A stretch of DNA of 64,000 bases, taken from assembly GCA_963662665.2 (NCBI GenBank), contig CAXXJS010000010.1, positions 224,001 to 288,000 on the forward strand, in the 5' to 3' direction. The position numbers and the translations under genes are program-made. Source of the DNA: Candidatus Latescibacterota bacterium. Its GTDB lineage: Bacteria; Latescibacterota; UBA2968; GCA-2709665. Of the stretch, positions 10,136-19,026 are shown piece after piece (positions within the stretch are counted from its first letter, which is position 1; each line of letters starts with the position of its first letter). The notes under the pieces are model-generated. The model ran no database searches and had not been told where the DNA came from. It worked only from the letters and a program-made list of their open reading frames with translations.

Positions 10136-10470
10136 GGCGGGCGGGGTGGGATGTGTATGTGCTGACGCTTGTTCAGTTTGCGAAATCTTACATGGATTCA
10201 AGTATTCCGGCGCGAGTTCATCGCGATAGCAGGAGAGTGTACTGCCCGGCGAGACGGATGAATGAAAGATGCTCGGACCACCTTCTACGCCGCAGGAGAT
10301 GCATCGCCAGGCTCCTGGATTTTCGGAGACTGGCACGCATTTTGCGGCCACAAACCCCAAGTACGTCCAGGAGTTTCGGTTTCGCGGCGGAATCTCAGAC
10401 CGGAGGATTTACGATCGGGCAGCCTCGCGAAAAACGCCATTGGGCGCCGCATACTGAAATTGGGTCTTTG

Positions 10471-11418
10471 GCCCCAATTCGAAAAAACAGCAACTCGGCA
10501 ACGAGATGAAAACCACTGAAACGGGGCGTAACGGTCGTCAAAAAGGACATTCTTTCAGTTCACGTCCAGTGACATGGTGTATCCTGTTAATCAGAAGTTA
10601 AATCGCCTTTATCTACTTGCCTAAATTCGGTTTTACTTCCCCGAAGAAGTAGAGTCGAGATGTGGCGCGGTGGTTTAGGAGTGGCCTGTCTGTTCCCGCC
10701 CCTTTCGTCTGGCGGTGCCTCAATAGCCCCTCCCTGCTCCGTTTCCACATCCCGCTCGTCGAACCGGACGTGCGGAGTTACCGCATCCGGCTCTCCGACG
10801 GACATCGCCTTCAGGTACACACTGCCCGATCTGCCCGGACAGCTTCACCTGAAACCTTAGCTTGATCTGGAGTCGCCTCGTCTTATTCTGGAGGAGGTTA
10901 TAGGCTTGCGCCACTCTCCCGACAGTTGTCCCCTTCACAAGCACATCCGAAGTCAGGCCCCTTTCCTCCGCCGGCGTTACCCGGCATCACAGGTACTACG
11001 AGCCTGTCCGCCACCCCATACGGCCCGGCCTGGCCCTCACGGGCTTCCGGTTGGTGGCTCTCCACCACCGCTGGGGCTTCCCGTGTTGCGTCGGATCTCC
11101 TTGTATGCGTGCCTCCGCCATTACCCCGGCGGGACCGTTGGGTGCTCTCGTTGCCTGCTTCCCCAACGACGGCGGCCTTCCCCGTTCGCAAGCCGGGTCG
11201 GCTCCCGCATTACCCTTTTCGAGGCCTGCTCAGCGTTTACTCACGTTTCAGCCCACATACTCGCCGAGTCGCCTGGCGACCCTCTACACCGGAGGCTTCG
11301 GAGATGTCGTTACCTACGTCTCCGCTCCGATTGCTTCCGACTGTGGCAACATCTGTCGGGTGGGACTCTCACCCACTGAAGTTCCGCGCCTTTTCACGGC
11401 GCACTTGCGAATCAAGGT
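10471..11418 (+). mobile_element. MITE family 1, copy A (192 bp: 10471-10648 plus 11405-11418), interrupted by a group II intron
   Basis: Colinear with copies at 23130, 35352 and 40551; joining ...CCGAAGAA|TTGCGAATCAAGGT restores the end seen intact at 35521-35542. Confidence 0.9.
10649..11404 (-). ncRNA. ORF-less group II intron (IIB-like), 756 nt
   Basis: Starts GTGCG and ends CTCTAC; domain V GAGCCGGATGCGGTAACTCCGCACGTCCGGTTC (10793-10761) with AGC triad and AC bulge; long domain VI; domain III-like TAGTACC...GGGTAAC...GGA..AAAGGGGC; EBS1 loop TTGCGAA complementary to the exon end TTCGCAA; no RT ORF. Confidence 0.93.
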
Positions 11419-11506
11419 TAGCCTCTGTCATTATTGCATTTCCCATTGACAACGCGCGATTTTTACTGTTGTTTTAATCAATCGGCGCGAGAAGGGAAAA
11501 ACCGGA

Positions 11507-11872
11507 GTGAAGTGGGTGTCCATCTGGAGCGTCAAGGAAACTGACAGGGTTTTGTTTGGAGTTGTGTCGGTCCTGGTGTTCTTCATTGGTGCGTGGAATC
11601 TGGTTTCCAGAAAGAGCTGGTCCAGCCTTTATTTTTCCGAAGACTTAGTCATTTTGGGCGCCTGGTCGGTCACTGTCGCCTACTTCACAATAGGGGCCAT
11701 TGACATCATGGTTATGATCTTTGGGACTATGACTGAACTTGTGGCCGGATGGTATAAAAACAGGGTTCTCAAAAATGCGCGCGAAGAGATCCGGGAACAG
11801 GTTCGAGAGGAAGTCCTTCAGGAACTTCGGGAGGCCCGGCAGGACAAGACTGATGCGGGTGAAGTAAATTAA
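11507..11872 (+). CDS. Hypothetical membrane protein with two TM segments and a charged helical tail
   Basis: 121-aa ORF, purine-rich sequence before GTG, two hydrophobic stretches, AREEIREQVREEVLQELREAR tail. Confidence 0.65.
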   Translation: MKWVSIWSVKETDRVLFGVVSVLVFFIGAWNLVSRKSWSSLYFSEDLVILGAWSVTVAYFTIGAIDIMVMIFGTMTELVAGWYKNRVLKNAREEIREQVREEVLQELREARQDKTDAGEVN

Positions 11873-11911
11873 ACATCCTGTTCCAATAAACCTGCTCAAC
11901 TGTAACCTCTG

Positions 11912-12032
11912 GTGTTCCGTCCCAGGAATACCTCACCATTCGGACGCCGATTCATCCCGTCTTGCTACGTTGCGTTGCGAGACGGGCGACTCGACGGCCG
12001 AATTCAGGCAACTTATTTCCGGGACAGACCAC
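11912..12032 (+). mobile_element. MITE family 2 (IS630-like ends), copy 1
   Basis: Imperfect TIRs GTGTTCCGTCCCAGGAATA...TATTTCCGGGACAGACCAC followed by TA; homologous to 36872-36987 and 46458-46611. Confidence 0.82.
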
Positions 12033-12034
12033 TA

Positions 12035-13256
12035 GTACCCTTTGACGGCTAAAGCACGGCGTAGTCTGGATACAGCTTTCTCAGTTTGATGCGAGCATCG
12101 TCGGTCGTGAACCGCCAATGGACGGCCTTGCTATTGTTGTTGCGATCATTCGCCCAGGCGGAAGTCTGCTCTTTGAGTGAATCGATATCGGGGATGCGCT
12201 GCTTCAAGCATTGGTTGCTCAAGACACTCAGTTCGATCTCGGCGATGTTGAGCCAACTCCCGTGTTTGGGCGTGTAGTGGATTTCGAGACGCCTGGCCAG
12301 ACGGCGAGCTTCTTCGGGTGAGAACGCCTCGTAGAGTGCCGCGGGCGTGTGCGTGTTGAGGTTATCACACACCAGGACGACGGTTTCGGCTTCACGGTAG
12401 TCCGTATCCAGAAGCTCCTTGATCTCCTGGGCCCAGTCCAGTGCGGTCTTGCGTTGTCTTACACGGACCTTGCGCCAGCACGAAAGCGGTTCAGTGAACA
12501 TGAAGTTCACGGCGGTTCCGTTACGTTCATACTCGTAGTCGTAGCGTTCAGGTTTGCCCGGACGTGTAGTGACCGGAACACGCGTCTCCTTGACCAACTG
12601 AACCGGGTGTTCGTCCATATTGACAACGGGCCTCAGGGCGTCGTACGGCCGCTGATAGACATCCAGGATATCCTCCATCGCGGCGACAAACGCGGCGTTT
12701 TGCTTGGGCGGAATCACCCAGCACGTTCTCAGGTGAGGCCTAAGTTTGTTTTTTTAAGCGTTCGCTGCACCGTCCGGTATGAGATGCTATCGACGATCTC
12801 CAGGGCTACGAGCTCATCGGCCAAAAGCTTCAGCGTCCACCGCTTACGTCCCGTTGGAGGTTCACTGCAAGCCAACGCGATCAATCGGGCTTCCTTAGCA
12901 CCATCCAGCTTTCTTTCGGTGGGAGGATGGGCGCGCTTCTTTCGCTCAAGGGCCGAATCCAGGCCCTCCAACACAAAACGCTTCCGGATGCCCTCAACCG
13001 TAGACCGATTGCACGAAAAGGCCTCCGTGATCTGCCGATCCAGCCAGGCCGGACCCTCTGCATCGGCCTTGAGAAGCACATGCGCGTGCCTGATTCGGTA
13101 CGCTTGCGTCTTGCCTTTGCTTACCAGATCCTGCAGCCGTTCCCGTTCTTCGGGACTCAGACGTACGACGTATTTCTTCGGCATGCCGATGGCTCCTTCG
13201 TCTTCAGGGGAGACATCGAACTATAAGCACGCCCAGTCTTAGAAGTCAATAGGTAC
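12035..13256 (-). mobile_element. IS630 family insertion sequence (two-ORF, frameshifting type)
   Basis: TIRs GTACCCTTTGAC / GTACCTATTGAC, flanked by TA on both sides (12033-12034 and 13257-13258). Confidence 0.92.
12049..13184 (-). CDS. IS630 transposase, OrfA (13184-12729) and OrfB joined by -1 frameshift
   Basis: HTH OrfA; DDE OrfB with MDE, CDNLNTH and HYTPKHGSWLNIAEIE; A7 slippery run at 12755-12749 gives LKKNKLRPHLRTCWVIPP in the -1 frame. Confidence 0.9.
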
Positions 13257-14344
13257 TAGTGTCTTGTCCCATGAATTAGTTCAAAAAGTCTAGTAATCTT
13301 GTCAAGGATCGATTCTGCGGTGGCGGTCCAGACGAACGGTTGTGAGTTGGTGTTGTAATGGTTAGTGAAATCCTGAATGTTGGCGATGAGGTCTTTCACC
13401 TTCTTGAAGGTCCCGCGTCGGATGGCTTTCTGGGTAATGATACCGAACCAGATCTCGACTTGGTTGAGCCAAGACGCGTAGGTCGGTGTGTAGTGAACGT
13501 GATATCGGGGCCTGGCTGCGATCCAGCGTTTGATTTTTTCGTGTTTGTGCGTGGCGTAGTTGTCGACGACGAGATGAATGTCAAGGTCCTTCGGGACGTT
13601 TTGGTCGATATATTTGAGGAATTGCAGGAATTCCTGGTGTCGATGTCGGGGTTTGCATTGGGCCAGCACCTTGCCGGAAGCGACCTCTAGTGCGGCGAAC
13701 AAGGTCGTGGTGCCGTGCCGGATATAATTGTGGGTCACCCCTTCCACATAGCCCAACCCCAAAGGCAATATCGGCTGCGTTCGTTCCAATGCCTGGATCT
13801 GGCTCTTTTCGTCAACGCATAATACCATCGCGTTGTCGGGAGGGTTCAGATACAGGCCGACAATGTCACGTACCTTCTCGACAAAGAACGGATCATTGGA
13901 CAGCTTGAAGTGTTTTTGCCGGTGCGGCTGTAGACCAAACGCTTTCCACACGCGCTGAACCGTAGACTTGGACAGTTGCGTCTGGGCCGCCAGAGAGCGG
14001 CAGGTCCAATGGGTGGCTCCCGACGGCTTGTCTTTGAGCGTTGTATAAATCAGCGCGGCGATGCGCTCATCGCTGATCGACCGGGGCCCCCCGGGGCGCA
14101 ATTCATCATAAAGCCCCATCAGACCTTGTTCTAAAAACCGACGGCGCCACTTCCCGACTGTGGCTCCCGACAGACCAAGCTGTCGTCCAATCTGCTGATT
14201 CGACAGCCCTTGATCACTCATCAGAACGATCTTCGCCCGACGTACATGACTGTGCGACATGCTTCTTGAACGGGAAATCGTTTCCAACTGTGCCCGAACC
14301 TCATCCCCAATACTCAGTGGCGCTAACGGACGTCCCCTGGCCAT
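13256..14344 (-). CDS. IS630 family transposase (single ORF)
   Basis: CVDEKSQIQAL, YIRHGTTTLFAAL, VVDNYATHK, YTPTYASWLNQVE; ends LIHGTRH* inside the terminal repeat. Confidence 0.95.
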   Translation of the reverse strand: MARGRPLAPLSIGDEVRAQLETISRSRSMSHSHVRRAKIVLMSDQGLSNQQIGRQLGLSGATVGKWRRRFLEQGLMGLYDELRPGGPRSISDERIAALIYTTLKDKPSGATHWTCRSLAAQTQLSKSTVQRVWKAFGLQPHRQKHFKLSNDPFFVEKVRDIVGLYLNPPDNAMVLCVDEKSQIQALERTQPILPLGLGYVEGVTHNYIRHGTTTLFAALEVASGKVLAQCKPRHRHQEFLQFLKYIDQNVPKDLDIHLVVDNYATHKHEKIKRWIAARPRYHVHYTPTYASWLNQVEIWFGIITQKAIRRGTFKKVKDLIANIQDFTNHYNTNSQPFVWTATAESILDKITRLFELIHGTRH

Positions 14345-14392
14345 AGATTCCTCCTTTCGCTATAAGAAATCTATGGCAAATAAACTATTTTT
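13259..14392 (-). mobile_element. Second IS630 element; right end intact, left TIR missing
   Basis: Right end GTGTCTTGTCCCATGAATTA follows TA 13257-13258; no matching left TIR; sequence joins a truncated gene at ~14393. Confidence 0.75.
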
Positions 14393-15771
14393 GCCGCCGT
14401 CCCAACGCGCTCAACGGAAAGCTTGGGCCGCATAGCAGCGCTGTCCGCGGCGACTGCCTCGATCCAACGACATTACAGGATGCATTCGTGGGAATCGACA
14501 CTGCCTACTATATGGTCCATTCGATGGGGGGCAGTGCCGATTTCGACATTCAGGACCGCCAGGCGGCGCGCAACTTCGGTGACGCGGCACGGGCCGCCCA
14601 CGTACGGCGCATCGTCTACGTCGGCGGTCTGGGCGCCGCGGAGGGGCTCTCCAGGCATCTGCGCAGCCGTCATGAAACGGGAGAGGAATTGCGGGCCTCG
14701 GGCGTGCCCGTGATCGAGTTCCGCAGCGGCATCGTGCTGGGCGCCGGCAGCCTCTCGTTCGAATTGATCCGGGCCCTGGTCGAACGCTTGCCGGTGATGG
14801 TCTGCCCCTCGTGGGTCCGCACGCCCACCCAGCCGATCGCCCTCGGCGACCTGGTGTCTTACCTTGTTGCGGCGCTGGACCTTCCCCGTGGTAGAAGCCA
14901 ACTGTTCGAGATAGGCGGAGCGGACGTGGTGTCGTACCGTGAGATCATGCTCGAGTACGCCCGGCGGCGCGGTCTTCGGCGCCTGCTGATTCCCGTGCCG
15001 TTGTTGACGCCCCGTCTTTCGAGCCTCTGGCTCGGGCTGACGACTCCGGTCTATGCGCGGGTCGGCCGCGAACTGGTCGACGGCCTGCGTACGGCAACCG
15101 TCGTGAACGCCGCCGCCGCCCGGACCGCTTTTCCGATAGCGCCGCTCGGTTTGCGGGCGGCCATCGCACGGGCCGTTGAAGAAGAGGACTCGGCGTTCGC
15201 CGCCACCCCGTGGTCGGAGGCCGCGCTGGCGTCCGGAACCGTACTGCGCTGGGGCGGCGTCCGTATCCGAAGCCGGTTGATCCATTCGGCCGCCGTGGAT
15301 CTGCCGGTGGGGTCCGCGGCTGCGTTCGCCCCCATTCAGCGCATCGGCGGGGCCCGTGGCTGGTACTACGGTGACTGGATCTGGCGTTTTCGTGGTCTGT
15401 TCGATCTTCTGCTGGGTGGGGTGGGCATGAACCGCGGCCGCCGGGACCCCGAGACCCTGGCCGCAGGCGACGTCCTGGACTGCTGGCGGGTGGATGCCTG
15501 CAAGCCGGATATTCGCCTCCGGCTCGCGGCCGAGATGAAGCTCCCCGGGCGGGGTTGGCTCGAGTTCGACGTCACACCGCGGGGCGGAGGCGCATCCAGA
15601 ATACGCCAGACCGCCGTCTTCGACCCGGCCGGGCTCTGGGGGCGCTTCTACTGGCACGCCCTGTATCCGATTCACGTCCTGTTGTTCGGTGGGCTTCTTC
15701 GAAGCATCGCCCGGCGAGCAATCGCGAAGTCGTCCTGGCGGAAAGGAGGACGCCATGCGCTTAAATATTGA
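14392..15771 (+). pseudogene. 5'-truncated YbjT-like NAD(P)-binding SDR/epimerase with C-terminal DUF2867-like domain
   Basis: Frame reads RRPNAL...VRGDCLD...GIDTAYYMVHSMG...HLRSRHETG...AEMKLPGRGWLEF but lacks a native start and the N-terminal GxxGxxG loop. Confidence 0.78.
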
Positions 15772-16387
15772 AGCGCAACTGAATACGACAACACGCACCG
15801 TGTCGTCGCCGGAGCGTAATGGACAACCCGCTCACGCGGTATCCGTTGTTCGCAGTTATCCCACGACTGTTGAGGACCTTTGGGATGCCGTGACGAACGG
15901 TGAGAGAATCTCGCGGTGGTTCCTGCCGATCAGTGGCGAACTCAAGCCTGGAGGCCGCTATCAGTTTGAAGGCAATGCAGGCGGATTAGTCACGGCGTGC
16001 GAACGCCCCTCTCATTTCGAGGTCACCTGGGAGTTCGGCGGCGACGTAAGTTGGGTTGAAGCGCGCATCTGTGAGGACGCTGACGGCCACGCTCGATTGA
16101 GGCTCACGCACACCGCGCACCATTCGAAACACTGGGACGAATATGGACCGGGCGCGGCCGGCGTGGGATGGGAAATGGGTCTGATGGGCCTTTCGAACCA
16201 TATCATGCAACCGGAAGCGCCATTGCAGGATGAAGCCGAGTTCGCCGCTTCGCCGGAAGGCAGGGCATTCATGGTGGGCAGCAGCGAGGCGTGGGAAACG
16301 GCGGCCGTGGGTGCCGGCACGGACCCTGCCGTTGCGCGCGCGGCGGCAGAGCGTACAGCCGCTTTCTATACCGGTGATTCGGCCTGA
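15755..16387 (+). CDS. SRPBCC/AHSA1-like (polyketide cyclase-type) domain protein
   Basis: DLWDAVTNGERISRWFLPISGEL..GGRYQ.EGNAGG and GPGAAGVGWE; ATG after AGGAGG. Confidence 0.85.
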   Translation: MRLNIEAQLNTTTRTVSSPERNGQPAHAVSVVRSYPTTVEDLWDAVTNGERISRWFLPISGELKPGGRYQFEGNAGGLVTACERPSHFEVTWEFGGDVSWVEARICEDADGHARLRLTHTAHHSKHWDEYGPGAAGVGWEMGLMGLSNHIMQPEAPLQDEAEFAASPEGRAFMVGSSEAWETAAVGAGTDPAVARAAAERTAAFYTGDSA

Positions 16388-16447
16388 CGATGTCAAACCC
16401 GTCCGCTGTCCAAATGGACAACAATTCTCACCGAAAGGAGACCGATT

Positions 16448-16789
16448 ATGGATATAGAACTCGTCTACTGCGCCATGTGAGGTTACGAAGACGAGGCCGT
16501 CAGTTTGACGCGCCATCTGCTGGAAAAATACAAGACGGGTATCTCGCGATTGACGCTGGTTCCATCGGGCAGGGGAAAATTTGAGATCACGGCTGACGGG
16601 GAGACGGTCTTCTCAAAGCTGAAGGAAGGCCGGTTCCCTGAAGACGTCGAGGTTGAGTCCCGCCTCGCCGTAAAAACAGGAAACAGCGGTTCCGGTTCGG
16701 GATCGTGCTGTCCGGAAGACGAACCTGTCAGGCGCAAAAGCATGGGGTTCCGCTCCCTCGTCGCGATGCTTTTCCGTAGAGCCGGATGA
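16448..16789 (+). CDS. SelW/SelT/Rdx family selenoprotein (CxxU), TGA at 16478-16480 read as Sec
   Basis: AAGGAG RBS, then MDIELVYCAM-TGA-GYEDEA...LVPSGRGKFEIT.DGE.VFSKLKEGRFPE, the Rdx family signature; SECIS-like hairpin downstream. Confidence 0.9.
16495..16514 (+). promoter_or_regulatory. Candidate bacterial SECIS hairpin
   Basis: CGTCA-GTT-TGACG stem-loop with apical GU at +23 from the UGA. Confidence 0.6.
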
Positions 16790-16971
16790 AATGTCGTTCG
16801 AGGGCGCGCCGTGGGATACCATGGAAATTGTCAATAAGTCCGAATCAGGTCAGGAACGATTCCTCTTCGGGGTATTGTTTCGTCGTAGAAAATAGGATAT
16901 CTTTAATCAGGGTTGGGCCGGGCAGGAAGACAAGGTTGTACTCTCCGATACTCACATCCAGGGAGGCTGCC

Positions 16972-17643
16972 ATGGTGTATCGTATCTGCCTCGCGCTGAC
17001 GTGTGTGTTCGCACTTGCCGGGTGTTATACGCAGATTCGGCCGCCCGAATATGAAACGGTAAGCCGTGTCGGTTCCGATTCGCCCGCTGATAAGGACACT
17101 GTTGTTGTATACAGGCAGTACGTGTACAACAGTTTCGATCCGTACGGGTGGGCGGTGGCGCCGTATTACGAACCGTATTTTCCGGGATATCCGTCCTGGG
17201 CAAGACGCGGTTTCCGATGGCGACATTCCTACTGGACGGCGGCATACGGACCGTGGTGGCGGGGGTGGGCGCGGCGCGTTCTCGCGCGCGGACGATTGCC
17301 CGCTCCCAGATACAGATATCGCCCGGTCGATACCGATCCCATCGATCTTCACGAACCGCGTCTGCGTATCAGATATACCGGATTGCGGGGTGGGGAGCAC
17401 GCGCCCGCCGGTACGGTCCGGAAGGGTAAGGTAGAACAGACGACGCGGAGGCGGCGAGCGCCGGTGGCAAGCGCCATCCGGAGCGATTCGAAAACGGAAA
17501 GATCGGGCAGCACTTCGAGAACCGCCTCGAAACCGCGCGATTCGGGCGGCGGTCAGTCGTCTAAACCGAAAGAAGACGAGAAGCAGCAGGAAAAGCGCGA
17601 GGAGAAGCGCGAGGGCCAGCGTCGAAGAGGGGGGATGCGATGA
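16972..17643 (+). CDS. Hypothetical lipoprotein with Tyr/Trp-rich middle and low-complexity Arg/Ser tail
   Basis: GGAGG RBS, lipobox FALAGC followed by YTQ; ATGA overlap with the next gene. Confidence 0.75.
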   Translation: MVYRICLALTCVFALAGCYTQIRPPEYETVSRVGSDSPADKDTVVVYRQYVYNSFDPYGWAVAPYYEPYFPGYPSWARRGFRWRHSYWTAAYGPWWRGWARRVLARGRLPAPRYRYRPVDTDPIDLHEPRLRIRYTGLRGGEHAPAGTVRKGKVEQTTRRRRAPVASAIRSDSKTERSGSTSRTASKPRDSGGGQSSKPKEDEKQQEKREEKREGQRRRGGMR

Positions 17644-18923
17644 GGCCGGTCCGTCCATTGGTTTCGATGCTGACAATATGCGCCTGGACGGCAGTGCTCA
17701 ACGCGCAGGAGGTTGCGCTGGACGGGTTTTCCGGAATCGGCGCGCGCGCGATGGGGATGGGGGGCGCGTACGTTACGGTATCGGATGATTTCTCCGGTCT
17801 ATTCTGGAACCCGGCGGGATTGGCACGGGCCCGGCGAGGGTCGATCTCGTGGGGGATGTCGCACGACCGTTATCGGAACGAGTCGCATTTCTTCAGTCAG
17901 TCTTCGGCATTCGAGTTGAACAGCACGCGCTTTGCGTCGGCCGGTGTCGTATACCCGGTTACGGTTTATCGTGGCAGCCTGGTTTTTGCGGGTGGGTTCG
18001 GGCGCATCCGGCACTTCGACGGTGGATTGCGGATCGACGCGTACGATGAAATCGCCGAGTTCGAAAAGTCGGGCGTTTCGGAAGACAGGGGCACATTCGG
18101 CGCGTGGACGCTGGGCGTTGCAGTTGACCTGGCGCCGCGCCTGTCCGCAGGGGTTTCGCTCTACAAATGGCGTGGAACCAACCGGTTCATGCAGGAACTG
18201 ACGCTCGAAGACGTGCGGCAGGCCCACGTGGATACGGTACGTATTTATCAGCGTTTCGAATCCGACGAGAGTTTTTCGGCGTTGGGCTTGCGGGGCGGCA
18301 TCAGTTTTTGGCATCCGTCCAATTTCCGGCTTGGCTTTACGGTTTCCGCGGCCACCCCCATTCGGGTATCGGCTGAACTGGCCGATGAATTTGAAGATAC
18401 GTTCGACGATCGGACGGATATCTATCCCCGCGATGCTTACGCTGACAAATACGAGATACGGCAGCCGCTTTCGTTGGGCTTCGGTCTGGGATGGTCCTTG
18501 GCGGGCTTGACGTTTAGCGGCGACGTGCACTATGGGGATTTACAGGAAGTGACCTACAGCGTCGTGGCACGCAACATCACGCCGCATGTCGACGATTTTC
18601 GCCGCCAATACCGAAATGCAGTGCGGATCCATCTCGGTGGCGAATACGCCATTCCCGGCCGGGGTGTGGCCATGAGGGCCGGATACTATCGCGACCCTGT
18701 TCGATACGTAGGAGGCGGCCCCGTACCCGAGGTGCGAATCGAGACCGACCGCGATGCGTGGACGCTCGGTATCGGCACTGAGCTGGATCGGTATTTTGCG
18801 CTGGATCTGGCCGCCGTGATTGGCGGGTACACCCAGACGGAAGGCAACCGCCAGGACAGGGTGCGTACCCTACGCGCGCTGGTTTCCATGCGGGTGAATT
18901 TCGACGTGGACCCGTACCGGTAG
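17640..18923 (+). CDS. OmpP1/FadL-family outer-membrane beta-barrel protein
   Basis: Signal peptide; GARAMGMGGAY...FWNPAGLA; RAGYY.DP; amphipathic beta strands. Confidence 0.85.
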   Translation: MRPVRPLVSMLTICAWTAVLNAQEVALDGFSGIGARAMGMGGAYVTVSDDFSGLFWNPAGLARARRGSISWGMSHDRYRNESHFFSQSSAFELNSTRFASAGVVYPVTVYRGSLVFAGGFGRIRHFDGGLRIDAYDEIAEFEKSGVSEDRGTFGAWTLGVAVDLAPRLSAGVSLYKWRGTNRFMQELTLEDVRQAHVDTVRIYQRFESDESFSALGLRGGISFWHPSNFRLGFTVSAATPIRVSAELADEFEDTFDDRTDIYPRDAYADKYEIRQPLSLGFGLGWSLAGLTFSGDVHYGDLQEVTYSVVARNITPHVDDFRRQYRNAVRIHLGGEYAIPGRGVAMRAGYYRDPVRYVGGGPVPEVRIETDRDAWTLGIGTELDRYFALDLAAVIGGYTQTEGNRQDRVRTLRALVSMRVNFDVDPYR

Positions 18924-18962
18924 AACGGACTCCCGACACATCCCGGTGAAGTACATTAAGAA

Positions 18963-18996
18963 CCGCCGGTTGCTGGCAACCGGCGGATCCTTTTTC
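18963..18996. terminator. Hairpin terminator between convergent genes
   Basis: CCGCCGGTTG-CTGG-CAACCGGCGG followed by ATCCTTTTT. Confidence 0.6.
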
Positions 18997-19026
18997 CTGA
19001 TGGCCGCCACAGACCTGCAATCGGGA

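Noticed and set aside
10587-11477. Several short ORFs in both directions across the intron, considered as a possible RT or retron/DGR component
   Set aside because: No YADD or other RT motifs; they are chance frames across structured intron RNA
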